Origin: an uncultured Candidatus Saccharibacteria bacterium
GTDB lineage: Bacteria; Patescibacteriota; Minisyncoccia; Phycocordibacterales; JACOZG01
NCBI GenBank assembly: GCA_964360815.1
Contig: CAYHYA010000001.1
Coordinates: forward strand, 5,574-69,573
DNA: 64,000 bases
Reading direction: 5' to 3'
The notes beneath the pieces are model-generated. The model saw nothing but the letters and a program-made list of their open reading frames with translations, was not told where the DNA came from and did no database searches. The translations under genes were made by a program, and so were the position numbers. This document shows, piece after piece, positions 29,179 to 37,832 of the stretch; the first letter of the stretch is position 1; the number at the start of each line of letters is the position of its first letter.

Positions 29179-30394
29179 TTTTAAGCTGAGAATTTAAAAT
29201 TCGGTTGATTCGTCTGGCAATTGAGATCATGTCTTTTTCCTTTCGACCGCGCGTAGTTTCAGCAGCCGTTCCAACCCTGATACCCGACGGATCGACTGGC
29301 GAACGAGTGTCGAAAGGAATGTTATTCTTATTAACAATAATACCGTGTTGCTCCAATAAGTCACTCGCGACCTTACCCGACAAGCCCCGACCGTCCTGCC
29401 AAGTATCAACGAGAAGTAGGTGGGAATCCGTGCCACCGGTCACCAAGCGGAAGCCACCGCGCGATAATTCCTTGGCCAACACTTTAGCATTTTTTACCAC
29501 TTGACGGGCATACTTCTTAAAGGCGCTAGTGCTGGCTTCCTTCAGCGTCACGGCCACCGCGGCAATCTGATTTAAATGCGGACCACCCTGAAGACCGGGA
29601 AAAACCGCTTTGTCTATTTTTTTGTTTAGTTCACGCGCGTCAATTTTTGAGAAAATTAAAGCACTGCGCGGGCCGCGCAAAGTTTTGTGGGTCGTCGTTG
29701 TCACCACGTCGGCAAACGGAAACGGTGACGGATAAACCCGGCCAGCGACCAAGCCAGCGAGATGCGACAGGTCAACCAACAAGATCGCGCCAACGGTGTC
29801 GGCGATGGTGCGGAATTTCTGCCAGTCAATAATCCGCGGATAGGCGGTGTAACCGGCGACGATGAGTGCTGGCTTTTCCCGCGCGGCCAGCGCGCCGATT
29901 GCCGCATAATCAAGTTGTTCCGTTTGACGATTAACGCCGTAATAAACCGGCGACCAAAACTGCCCGGTGATAGAAACCTTGTGTCCGTGCGTCAAGTGAC
30001 CGCCATGATCGAGTGCCAACCCCATGATTTTGGCGCCGCGTGGCACGAGACCTAAATACACCGCCAAATTAGCCGGCGAACCGGAAAGTGGTTGCACGTT
30101 CACCGCCCAATCGCTACTTTTCAAACCGAAAAGTTTTAGTGCTCGCGCTTGGCAAAGTTCTTCAATTTGATCAACAATTTTATTGCCGCCGTAATAACGG
30201 CGGCCGGAATAGCCCTCGGCATATTTGTTCGTTAGCTCCGAACCGAGCGCTGTTAACACGTCTTTGGAAACATAGTTTTCCGAGGCGATCAAATTGATAA
30301 CTCGCTTTTGTCGCCCCCGTTCGGCTTTAATTAAACGTTCAATTGGTTTATCCAACATTGGCCATAAATTAGCATAAAGAAGATAAAGCCCCAA
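29165..30394 (-). CDS. glyA: Serine hydroxymethyltransferase (start probably ~30358)
   Basis: LIASEN, NKYAEGY, GGHLTHG, TTTHKTLRGPR, FPGLQGGP. Confidence 0.97.
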   Translation of the reverse strand: MGLYLLYANLWPMLDKPIERLIKAERGRQKRVINLIASENYVSKDVLTALGSELTNKYAEGYSGRRYYGGNKIVDQIEELCQARALKLFGLKSSDWAVNVQPLSGSPANLAVYLGLVPRGAKIMGLALDHGGHLTHGHKVSITGQFWSPVYYGVNRQTEQLDYAAIGALAAREKPALIVAGYTAYPRIIDWQKFRTIADTVGAILLVDLSHLAGLVAGRVYPSPFPFADVVTTTTHKTLRGPRSALIFSKIDARELNKKIDKAVFPGLQGGPHLNQIAAVAVTLKEASTSAFKKYARQVVKNAKVLAKELSRGGFRLVTGGTDSHLLLVDTWQDGRGLSGKVASDLLEQHGIIVNKNNIPFDTRSPVDPSGIRVGTAAETTRGRKEKDMISIARRINRILNSQLKNGQR

Positions 30395-30445
30395 CCGTTC
30401 GCGGTTGGGGCTTTAATTAGCCGGAATTAGCGATCAAAATGGGAG

Positions 30446-31180
30446 CTAGGCCGCTCCCGTTCCAAACTGTGATTGTTCCAGAACAAGAGTACCACAATCA
30501 CACGGACACCGACGACACTCCGGACAACCCGGAAAATATCTAGTTTCGATGGCCTGATTCAGATCAATTCTGATCAAGTTGGCCAGTGATAAGAGCCAAC
30601 TAATGACATCTGCACATTCAAGGGCGTAGTTCATTTCAAGATGATCAACCGACAAACCGGGAAAAATGTCGGCCCCACCGACAATGGCTCCCATCTCGCC
30701 AATTTCCATAAAAATACGGTTCAAGCAAACCGTCACTCCTCCAGATTGATGGTTTGCTAAGCCATAAATATTTTCCAGTGCCACCTGCGATTCACGCAGA
30801 GTGCGTCCATAAAGTCGACCGTTTTCACTATCAACACACCAATCTTTTCTATTGAAGCGCAGATCTCTTGGCGGACGATCCTTGGGACATTCACAAGGAC
30901 GCTTACCACAATAACTACACGCCGATCCAGACCACTTGAAGGCGAATGCCTCCGGCAAGGGTAGATCGTCAAAATAATTGGCGACCGCCATTAACCAGGC
31001 AAAAACATCGGCCAGACAATAAGCAGTGATACCGTGTTGATCTTTTCTCAGTGTCTCACCTAGTTGTCGACACGCAACAAGTAAACGAGTAAACCTCTTT
31101 TCCAGGGAAATAAAATAGTTGTTCCGTCGACCGTAGATACGACGAAAATGCGCCTGCCATTCAGCGAGAGTTCGATTCAC
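30446..31180 (-). CDS. Tandem MazG-like nucleotide pyrophosphohydrolase-fold protein with two CxxC...CxC zinc motifs
   Basis: Two repeats: LADVFAWLMAVAN...CSYCGKRPCEC and MEIGE...ECADVISWLLSLAN...CPECRRCPCDC. Confidence 0.7.
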   Translation of the reverse strand: MNRTLAEWQAHFRRIYGRRNNYFISLEKRFTRLLVACRQLGETLRKDQHGITAYCLADVFAWLMAVANYFDDLPLPEAFAFKWSGSACSYCGKRPCECPKDRPPRDLRFNRKDWCVDSENGRLYGRTLRESQVALENIYGLANHQSGGVTVCLNRIFMEIGEMGAIVGGADIFPGLSVDHLEMNYALECADVISWLLSLANLIRIDLNQAIETRYFPGCPECRRCPCDCGTLVLEQSQFGTGAA

Positions 31181-31270
31181 GATGGTTCTCCTTTTCTTAT
31201 TTTCTTTTCAAACAACAAAAACCAAACCAGCTTTCAAGCTAACCCTGTTTGATCGAAAACGCAAGTCTGG

Positions 31271-32569
31271 TTACTTCTTCTCCGCGATCGTCTGGCGGCC
31301 ACGACGGACGTCCCAGTCGTCCGGATCGAGATCGGAATAAAGTTTCAATTTAGGAAAGCGGCGAGCGAGAAAGTGGTGCATTCGGTGAGCCAGACGACGG
31401 AGCGTTGGATGAACCATTTTCCCCGAACGTAGTTCGGTCACATAAACCGCCGCCGGTAAGCCGTAAGTGACCCGGCCGGAGATGTTGAAACCCATCGCCA
31501 AATAATACTGCCGGAGTTCGGGCGGTGCTTTCAGTTTGGCCACGACTGATTTTTGATCACGGATTAGCTTTTCGGCTGTCCGCCGCGCTTCCATCGGCAA
31601 CTGGTCGAGATACCACTGATTGAAACCAAAACGAGGCGTCAAAAGCGGCATCCGGCAAACACCGTGGCGATGGCGTTGGAGATCGCGGAAAGAACCGAAA
31701 TCGAGCAGGAAATCAAACGTGCATTGGCCAAGCTCGCTGAAGAAATGGGGTAGATTGGTTTTACCTGGTCGTCTGGTTAAGAGATCGTGATAACGATCAA
31801 GTTCCGAATTTTTGATGTTGGTTTTAGCGTGCCAATCACCGGTGTAATTTTTCTCCAAATAATAGGTGCGGCGATCGCCAAGATACTGCCAATATTTTTC
31901 CTGTTCCGGATAGAGTTTGTGACCAAAACTGGACTGATACTTTTTCTGCAACTCCCCGTGAATCAGCTTCGCCACCGCCTGTACCTCGGGCAAGGGCCAG
32001 TGACGAAGCAGGGCGAGCTTGTCCCAGGCCTGACGAAGGTTGGTGTGCCAAGACAGTTGAGTAGTAATACCAGCTGGCAAAAAACCGCGTAAGCTGTCGA
32101 AGGTTCGGGCCTTGATCGCCCGTTCGTAAACCGGCTCGTCTTCCGCCGGCTGGCGCGGATATTTCAGCCGGAGATGTTGGGCGACAATCTCTTGGTTCTT
32201 GGTATAAAAATCTCGCCATTTTTCCAAAACTGATTTCGAAACGGTCGTTTCAAGCGGATCAATCATGGCTTGTTTGGATAAATCAATGTAGCGCGAGCTG
32301 GTTTCCTGGCCGGAATAAAGCGGCCAATCTTGAAGTGCCTTGGCCGCCAACATGGAAACGCCTTCGACGAAAAGTGTGGTCGAGCCACAGTCGGCGATGG
32401 AAGCGTGGCCGTAACCAACATAATATTTTTCCATGAACTTACCCGAACCGCTCTGGCGCACCTTCGCGACGTGCTGAACCACCGACTCGGCCGAGCGCGA
32501 ATAGAGCGCCTGCATCATCGCCGTGTCCTCCGGATTAAACTCGTCGTAGATGAAAATTTTCATGCTCAT
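31271..32569 (-). CDS. thyX: FAD-dependent thymidylate synthase (long, two-domain ThyX-like)
   Basis: QALYSRS, GYGHASIAD, QETSSRY, DFGSFRDLQRHR, ELRS...HPTLR; clustered with glyA/tmk/dcd. Confidence 0.8.
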   Translation of the reverse strand: MSMKIFIYDEFNPEDTAMMQALYSRSAESVVQHVAKVRQSGSGKFMEKYYVGYGHASIADCGSTTLFVEGVSMLAAKALQDWPLYSGQETSSRYIDLSKQAMIDPLETTVSKSVLEKWRDFYTKNQEIVAQHLRLKYPRQPAEDEPVYERAIKARTFDSLRGFLPAGITTQLSWHTNLRQAWDKLALLRHWPLPEVQAVAKLIHGELQKKYQSSFGHKLYPEQEKYWQYLGDRRTYYLEKNYTGDWHAKTNIKNSELDRYHDLLTRRPGKTNLPHFFSELGQCTFDFLLDFGSFRDLQRHRHGVCRMPLLTPRFGFNQWYLDQLPMEARRTAEKLIRDQKSVVAKLKAPPELRQYYLAMGFNISGRVTYGLPAAVYVTELRSGKMVHPTLRRLAHRMHHFLARRFPKLKLYSDLDPDDWDVRRGRQTIAEKK

Positions 32570-32581
32570 CTCTTATTCTAA

Positions 32582-33601
32582 CTAGATCGAGCCAAAAGAC
32601 AAAGAACGCAAAAGATGCTGGCGTATTTTGTGTCCACGACAATGCTTTAGCACACCTAGATACGAAGTAAGATTGGCGGGAGTGATCTCGTCCCGATCCA
32701 ACCGCCGTAAAATGCGCCTTTTGGTCCGCGTTCGCAAAACTCGATAATGCGGCCGGGCGACGTACCCCAGATAATCAATTCCTTGGTGCAACTTACGAAT
32801 GATAATTTTGTCGGGATGCAAAGAAAGATTTAATTTGTTTTTCAAAAAATCAGAAATTGGCCAAATCAGGTTTTCTAAATAATCACGGCTTTGATGGACG
32901 ATGACAAAATCATCACAGTAACGCAGGTAATATCTGGCCTTAATTTCGTGTTTAATAAATTGATCAAGTTCGTTGAGATAAATGTTGGCAAAAAGCTGAC
33001 TGGTTACATTGCCCAGCGGTAAGCCACAACCAGGGATGATAGCGAAGCTCTCAACGACCGATCGAATTAGAGTGATAACACGGCTATCACCGATTACCTT
33101 TTCAATCAATGACAACAAGATAGCATGATCAATATTATCAAAAAACTTTTGAACATCACATTTTAAGGCGTAGCTTTGTGAATGATAATTACCACTGATC
33201 TTGCGAACAAAGGATTCTAGACGACTTACTCCACGATGCACTCCTTTGTTGAAGCGACAAGAATACGAGTCGTAAATAAAATGCCGATCAAAAAAATGGT
33301 ACAGTCCACGGAAAAGTGCTTGGTGTAGAACTCGGTCGAGCACCGGGGCCTTGTGGATATGACGTATCTTTGGGTCCCGAACGTAAAAAGATTGGTAGGA
33401 GGAGGGATGGTAAGCGTCGGAGACCAGATCAGCATGAAGTTTAAACAAATTATTTTCTAAATCGAACCCGAACTCCAAAACTTTGATTTTTTTGATTTTG
33501 CCGCGCTTGAATTCTCGCCAGGCATTGAGTAAATTAGACAGCGACACAACATGCTCCCACAACGACCAAGTAGACCCCCCCCCAACAGATTTCCTTGCCA
33601 A
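32582..33601 (-). CDS. DGR reverse transcriptase (in-frame start is TTG; ATG at 33609 is out of frame by the G9 tract)
   Basis: DPK.R.I.KA...DRVLH, KCDVQKFFDNIDH, GLPLGNVTSQLFAN (DGR-type SQ motif), YLRYCDDF, GIDYLGY. Confidence 0.93.
   Translation of the reverse strand: MARKSVGGGSTWSLWEHVVSLSNLLNAWREFKRGKIKKIKVLEFGFDLENNLFKLHADLVSDAYHPSSYQSFYVRDPKIRHIHKAPVLDRVLHQALFRGLYHFFDRHFIYDSYSCRFNKGVHRGVSRLESFVRKISGNYHSQSYALKCDVQKFFDNIDHAILLSLIEKVIGDSRVITLIRSVVESFAIIPGCGLPLGNVTSQLFANIYLNELDQFIKHEIKARYYLRYCDDFVIVHQSRDYLENLIWPISDFLKNKLNLSLHPDKIIIRKLHQGIDYLGYVARPHYRVLRTRTKRRILRRLDRDEITPANLTSYLGVLKHCRGHKIRQHLLRSLSFGSI
33575..33583. promoter_or_regulatory. C9/G9 homopolymer shared by the overlapping 5' ends of avd and RT
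   Basis: tagaCCCCCCCCCaacag; adding one base puts ATG 33551 (+) in frame with avd and ATG 33609 (-) in frame with RT. Confidence 0.7.
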
Positions 33602-33939
33602 TTGTTCATCAGTTAGGAGAATTATATAAGCATGTTTACCAAATTGGAAAGAAATTAAGTAAGGGCGACAAACTCGGCGTTTGGTCTAAAATAGAAATAG
33701 TGTGTTTGGAATGTCTTGAATTATCGATCACGGCCAGCTTGTTGCCATTAACATCAAAAACAGAGCCGCTTCGGCGATTAGGGTTAAAAATAGAAGTGAT
33801 GAAAAGGTTGATTAGGTTGTGTTGCGAAATTAAGATCATTGAAGATCGGGTTTATTTATGTTTAACTCAACCGTTACAGGAAATTTCCAAGATGACAGCT
33901 GGCTGGTACAAATACGCCAACCAAAAAGAGCGCCCTTAA
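33595..33939 (+). CDS. avd: DGR accessory variability determinant (Avd-like four-helix bundle), antisense to TR/RT
   Basis: LPIVHQL.ELYK...LSK.DK.G...KIE...L.EISKM.AGW.KY; lies between TR and RT. Confidence 0.8.
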   Translation: MPIVHQLGELYKHVYQIGKKLSKGDKLGVWSKIEIVCLECLELSITASLLPLTSKTEPLRRLGLKIEVMKRLIRLCCEIKIIEDRVYLCLTQPLQEISKMTAGWYKYANQKERP

Positions 33940-33957
33940 GACGCCCCGTTTTGGTAA

Positions 33958-34076
33958 CACTACCTCACGAGTCCGACCATTCGGGTTGGCGTCGTCGCGA
34001 TTCCACCAATTGATCTTGAACTGTCTATCGTTCCAGTTGGCGTAGACGGCCTTGCCATCAGAGTTACGCGAACTCG
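33958..34076 (-). repeat. DGR template repeat (TR)
   Basis: 119 bp, 103/119 identical to 34352-34470; AAC/AAT-rich; 14 of 16 mismatches are at TR adenines. Confidence 0.95.
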
Positions 34077-34278
34077 CGTAGTATCCTTTCCCATCCATTC
34101 CACCGGCAATCTTAAAGTAAAATTGCCTGCGTTGATCCCGTGGTGTGGGGCAAAGTTTGCGGCCTGGTCTTATCAATCCTTACCGCCAGGAAAAGACACG
34201 CAGTGCTATTTAATCTTCTTGGCAAATCGTTATTCCGTGAACGGAACCGATTTATCAGCCGGGTTAAATTTTACAAAT

Positions 34279-34320
34279 AAAAAAATCACCGCGCAACTCA
34301 ACAAAGAGACACGCGGTGAT
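34279..34320 (-). terminator. Hairpin downstream of VR (terminator and/or DGR homing cruciform)
   Basis: ATCACCGCG...CGCGGTGAT (34285-34320) followed by a U-run, about 20 nt after the target stop. Confidence 0.7.
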
Positions 34321-34339
34321 CTAGGATTAAAGGAAGAAG

Positions 34340-35098
34340 TTACGAGTTTAGCACTACCTCACGAGTCCGACCATCCGGGTGTGCGCCGTCGCGAAGCCAC
34401 CAACCGACCTTGAACTGTCTACCGTCCCAGTCGGCGCCGACGGCCCTGCCATCAGAGTAACGCGAACTCGTAATGGTCACGTTAATTAGGTCGAGATGAC
34501 CGCCCTCGATTTTTTGGTGGTGCAATGCTTCCAACAACATCCGCTCGCCAATGGTTGAGTATATAAGGCCACGTTGATCGAGTTGGTCCGGCGAAAGATT
34601 GGAGTATTCTTCACTTGGTTCCACCGCCCCTTCGGTCCAGAGAGCATAAACACTCTCTGGCCGAGGTTGGTTTATGGTAACGGCCTGATCGAGATTTTTC
34701 GTGTAACGAAAACACGGAAAAGCGACTTCGTTAACGCGGTAAATTTGATCGAGCGACAAGTTGGGGTCAACGACGAGTAGCGTTGGTTGCCGAAACCTAC
34801 CTGTCGGCAGGGTCGGCACGGTCAGTTTGTTCAAATCTATTCGTCGTTGGTGCTGATCAAGATAATATTGTTCCCACCACTCGAGATCGTTACCAATATT
34901 GACAGCATCGTCAGTCGCACCGATTAAGAAATTACCGACCCTTCTCTGCCATTCTCTTTTTTCCTTGACCAGTTTTTCGGCCTGATCAAAATCTATCGTT
35001 ATCGGCATCGCGTGAACCAAAGCACTGCAAATTTCCCTCGTTTGACCGAACGTCATCGGTTTCTTAACCACCGCTGGAACAGTACCGCTTTTACTCAT
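34340..35098 (-). CDS. DGR target (variable) protein with C-terminal VR, likely C-type-lectin-like fold
   Basis: Its 3' end contains the VR; ATG 35098 preceded by AAGGAAA (the ORF track extends to 35143). Confidence 0.9.
   Translation of the reverse strand: MSKSGTVPAVVKKPMTFGQTREICSALVHAMPITIDFDQAEKLVKEKREWQRRVGNFLIGATDDAVNIGNDLEWWEQYYLDQHQRRIDLNKLTVPTLPTGRFRQPTLLVVDPNLSLDQIYRVNEVAFPCFRYTKNLDQAVTINQPRPESVYALWTEGAVEPSEEYSNLSPDQLDQRGLIYSTIGERMLLEALHHQKIEGGHLDLINVTITSSRYSDGRAVGADWDGRQFKVGWWLRDGAHPDGRTREVVLNS
34352..34470 (-). repeat. DGR variable repeat (VR)
   Basis: Encodes SRYSDGRAVGADWDGRQFKVGWWLRDGAHPDGRTREVV versus TR SRNSDGKAVYANWNDRQFKINWWNRDDANPNGRTREVV. Confidence 0.95.
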
Positions 35099-35258
35099 GG
35101 TCAGTTTCCTTTCACTTAATTCAAAGACCCCGGCTAAAGGCACTCGTCACACGACAAGACCAAATTTTAGCACTTTTTTAATGATAGTAAATATAGATGG
35201 TTTTGTCAATAGGCAGGGTCAGTTATTCGTACTAGAATTCGGGGTGAAATAAACCATT

Positions 35259-35930
35259 ATGGCCCTATCGGATAAGCGAATTTTGGCGGAGAAAGAACGT
35301 GGCAAGATCGTCATCGAGCCGTTTCGGCGCGAGCACTTGAGCACTTCGAGTTATGACGTCACTCTGGGCGAATGGTTTTTCCGTGAACAGCCGCGGCCGC
35401 ACTATCATCATAAAATTTATAACATCTTTGACGGCCGACACACCGAGGAAGTTTGGGGGCGGAAAGCCCTGCGAGCCGAGCCGGCGGCTAAAGTTTTCCA
35501 AAAATTTAACTTCGAGTGGCAAGGTCTAAAACCGACCGACAAAATTATTCTCCTCGAACCGGGCGAGACCGTTCTGGCGCACACCGAAGAATTTATCGGC
35601 GGCCGCGAGCATATTACAACCATGATGAAGGCCCGCTCCTCGCTCGGCCGCGTCTTCGTATCGGTATGCAAGTGCGCTGGTTGGGGCGACGTTGGCTATA
35701 CCAACCGTTGGACGATGGAGATTAGCAACAATTCCCAGCATTATCTCATCCCGCTCAAAGTCGGCATGCGAATCGCGCAAATTATATTCTTCGACACCGG
35801 AGAAATTTTGGACAAAGATTACACTCGAACCGGCAAATATCAGTCGGAAGGTGATTTATCGAAAATGAAAAAACTCTGGCGGCCAGAAATGATGCTCCCT
35901 CGCCTCCACCAAGACGCCGGGAAAAAGTAA
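35259..35930 (+). CDS. dcd: dCTP deaminase
   Basis: LSD..I......G.I.IEPF, SSYDVTLG, ARSSLGR, GWGDVGY..RWTMEI, RIAQIIF. Confidence 0.88.
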   Translation: MALSDKRILAEKERGKIVIEPFRREHLSTSSYDVTLGEWFFREQPRPHYHHKIYNIFDGRHTEEVWGRKALRAEPAAKVFQKFNFEWQGLKPTDKIILLEPGETVLAHTEEFIGGREHITTMMKARSSLGRVFVSVCKCAGWGDVGYTNRWTMEISNNSQHYLIPLKVGMRIAQIIFFDTGEILDKDYTRTGKYQSEGDLSKMKKLWRPEMMLPRLHQDAGKK

Positions 35931-35938
35931 CTACGAAT

Positions 35939-36364
35939 CTACCCCACCACCTCGAGACCCATCGAGCGCGCCGTGCCGGCGATGGTCGCGCTGGCCGCTT
36001 CGAGGTCGGCGGTGTTTAAGTCGGGCAGTTTGCGCGCGGCGATTTCTCTAATTTGTGCGCGCGTCACTTTGCCGGCGCGACTGACTAAATTTTTTCCCGA
36101 GCCCTTCTCCACACCGGCCGCCTTCAACAACAGGCGCGAGGCCGGTGGTGTTTTCAAAACAAAATCAAACGTCCGGTCACCGTAAACCGACAACTCAACC
36201 GGGATGATATCGTCGCCCAAATCCTTAGTCGCGGCGTTAAACTTGCTGACGAAATCACCAATGTTGACTCCGGCCGGACCGAGCACTGTGCCGACCGGCG
36301 GCGCCGGCGTGGCTTTACCGGCCGGAATTTGTAACTTAATTTTCTTCTCAACTTTTTTAGCCAT
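35939..36364 (-). CDS. rplK: 50S ribosomal protein L11
   Basis: [30 protein letters not shown]. Confidence 0.97.
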   Translation of the reverse strand: MAKKVEKKIKLQIPAGKATPAPPVGTVLGPAGVNIGDFVSKFNAATKDLGDDIIPVELSVYGDRTFDFVLKTPPASRLLLKAAGVEKGSGKNLVSRAGKVTRAQIREIAARKLPDLNTADLEAASATIAGTARSMGLEVVG

Positions 36365-36373
36365 AATTTTTGC

Positions 36374-36919
36374 TTAAATTTTTTTAACTTGCAGGAAGTC
36401 GAGTTCGACCGGCGTTTCCCGTCCAAACATCGAGACCAGCACCTTAACCTTACCGCGATTTTCGTCTACTTCGGCCACCTTACCCTCAAAATCTTTGAAC
36501 GGGCCGTCGGAAATCTGGATCGCTTCGCCCGCCACTAAATCAATCTTGTGCTTAACTGTTTCCTCGCCCATCAATTTAAACAAATTTTCAATCTCGGTTT
36601 TCTCAAGCGGCACGGGCACCACGCCAGCACCGACGAAACCGGTCACGCGCGGCGTGTTACGAACGATATACCACGAATCATCGGTGACGATCATGTCCAC
36701 CAAAACGTAACCGGGATAAATTTTTTCCTCAACCGTTTGGCGTTTACCGCCCTTCATTTTAACTTTTTTCTCGAGCGGTACGACGACATTGAAAATTTTG
36801 TCCTCCATCCCGAGCGACTCAATCCGCTGACGCAGATTACGCGCCACGGTGTTTTCGTAACCGGCATAGGTGTGGACAGCGTACCAATTACGCTCGGGCT
36901 GTAAAACTTGTTTGGTCAC
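36374..36919 (-). CDS. nusG: Transcription termination/antitermination factor NusG
   Basis: WYAVHTYAGYE, KIYPGYVLV, TPRVTGFVG, MFGRETPVELDF. Confidence 0.97.
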   Translation of the reverse strand: MTKQVLQPERNWYAVHTYAGYENTVARNLRQRIESLGMEDKIFNVVVPLEKKVKMKGGKRQTVEEKIYPGYVLVDMIVTDDSWYIVRNTPRVTGFVGAGVVPVPLEKTEIENLFKLMGEETVKHKIDLVAGEAIQISDGPFKDFEGKVAEVDENRGKVKVLVSMFGRETPVELDFLQVKKI

Positions 36920-36923
36920 GAAG

Positions 36924-37100
36924 TTAAATTATTAGCTTGAGTAAAGAAACGAAAACCAGATCAAAAACCCCCAAAAGCACCGCCGACAAGAGCGAAAGAG
37001 CGATCACCACCACGGTAAAATTAACCGCCTGATTTCGACTCGGCCAATTGACCTGCTTAAGTTCTAAGACCGTTTCCTTCAGATAAGTGCTGATACTCAT
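36924..37100 (-). CDS. secE: Preprotein translocase subunit SecE (58 aa, not in the ORF track)
   Basis: MSISTYLKETVLELKQVNWPSRNQAVNFTVVV...; secE-nusG-rplK synteny. Confidence 0.92.
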   Translation of the reverse strand: MSISTYLKETVLELKQVNWPSRNQAVNFTVVVIALSLLSAVLLGVFDLVFVSLLKLII

Positions 37101-37154
37101 AACAGGGTCAGCATACCACTGAACGTTGTTTTGTCAATTGTTTTAGGCGTTTAG

Positions 37155-37832
37155 CTAGATTGGCTGACCATTAACTGAAACCACAACCGCTTTAACCGTG
37201 GAGAATTGTTTGAGTGTTTCTGTGATTTGCGCTTTCAAGGTCGCAGCCAAACAGGTTTGTTCGGCGGCCGGCTCAAGCGCCGCCAACTCGCGGCTGAAGT
37301 CGGCGCGCGCCACGCCGCCAGCAATCGTCAAACTCTGAAGTTTGGTTTCGGAATTGATCGCGGTCGAGAGGCCGATCGCGGCATCGCTTGGCGAAACACC
37401 CTTCAGTAATTCGAGCAGGGCCGCGCGACCGACCGCCGAAGTTCGGGCGACGGTTCGGGCGATCGGCAAAACCGCCTGGCAACGCTCGCCCTGCGGATCA
37501 AGATTTTTATTGCGGAAATAAACACGGATGACCAGCGGTCCGGAAGTCGGCGCGGCCACGGCCGCGAGGTTGGTGTTAACTGGCGGCGGGTTTGAAACTA
37601 CCGACACGGGGTTGTCGGTCAAAGAAGTCGGGGCGGTTACCGACTCATCGGCATTTGTTCCCGTCTCTGATTCCGGTGATTCTAATTCAGTCGGGAGATC
37701 GCTCGGGGAATCACTGGGACGCAGAATCGGCCAAAGAATTACGCCGACAACCAGAATAATAATGATGATTAACCAGAGATTGCTTTTGCTATTCTTACCG
37801 TTCGGTGCCTGCGTTGGTACTGGTGTGGCCAT
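37155..37832 (-). CDS. GerMN (sporulation/germination) domain membrane protein
   Basis: TM anchor; AALLELLKG, SLTIAGGVARADFS, AQITETLKQFSTVK.V. Confidence 0.8.
   Translation of the reverse strand: MATPVPTQAPNGKNSKSNLWLIIIIILVVGVILWPILRPSDSPSDLPTELESPESETGTNADESVTAPTSLTDNPVSVVSNPPPVNTNLAAVAAPTSGPLVIRVYFRNKNLDPQGERCQAVLPIARTVARTSAVGRAALLELLKGVSPSDAAIGLSTAINSETKLQSLTIAGGVARADFSRELAALEPAAEQTCLAATLKAQITETLKQFSTVKAVVVSVNGQPI

Noticed and set aside
32582-33601. RT as a group II intron, retron or CRISPR-associated RT
   Set aside because: It has no maturase/endonuclease extension, intron domain V, msr-msd or cas genes. The SQ motif, Avd and A-specific TR/VR pair identify a DGR.
33874-34176. 100-aa ORF spanning TR that resembles the target C-terminus
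   Set aside because: It is the open frame of the template repeat itself, with no convincing start; TR functions as RNA.
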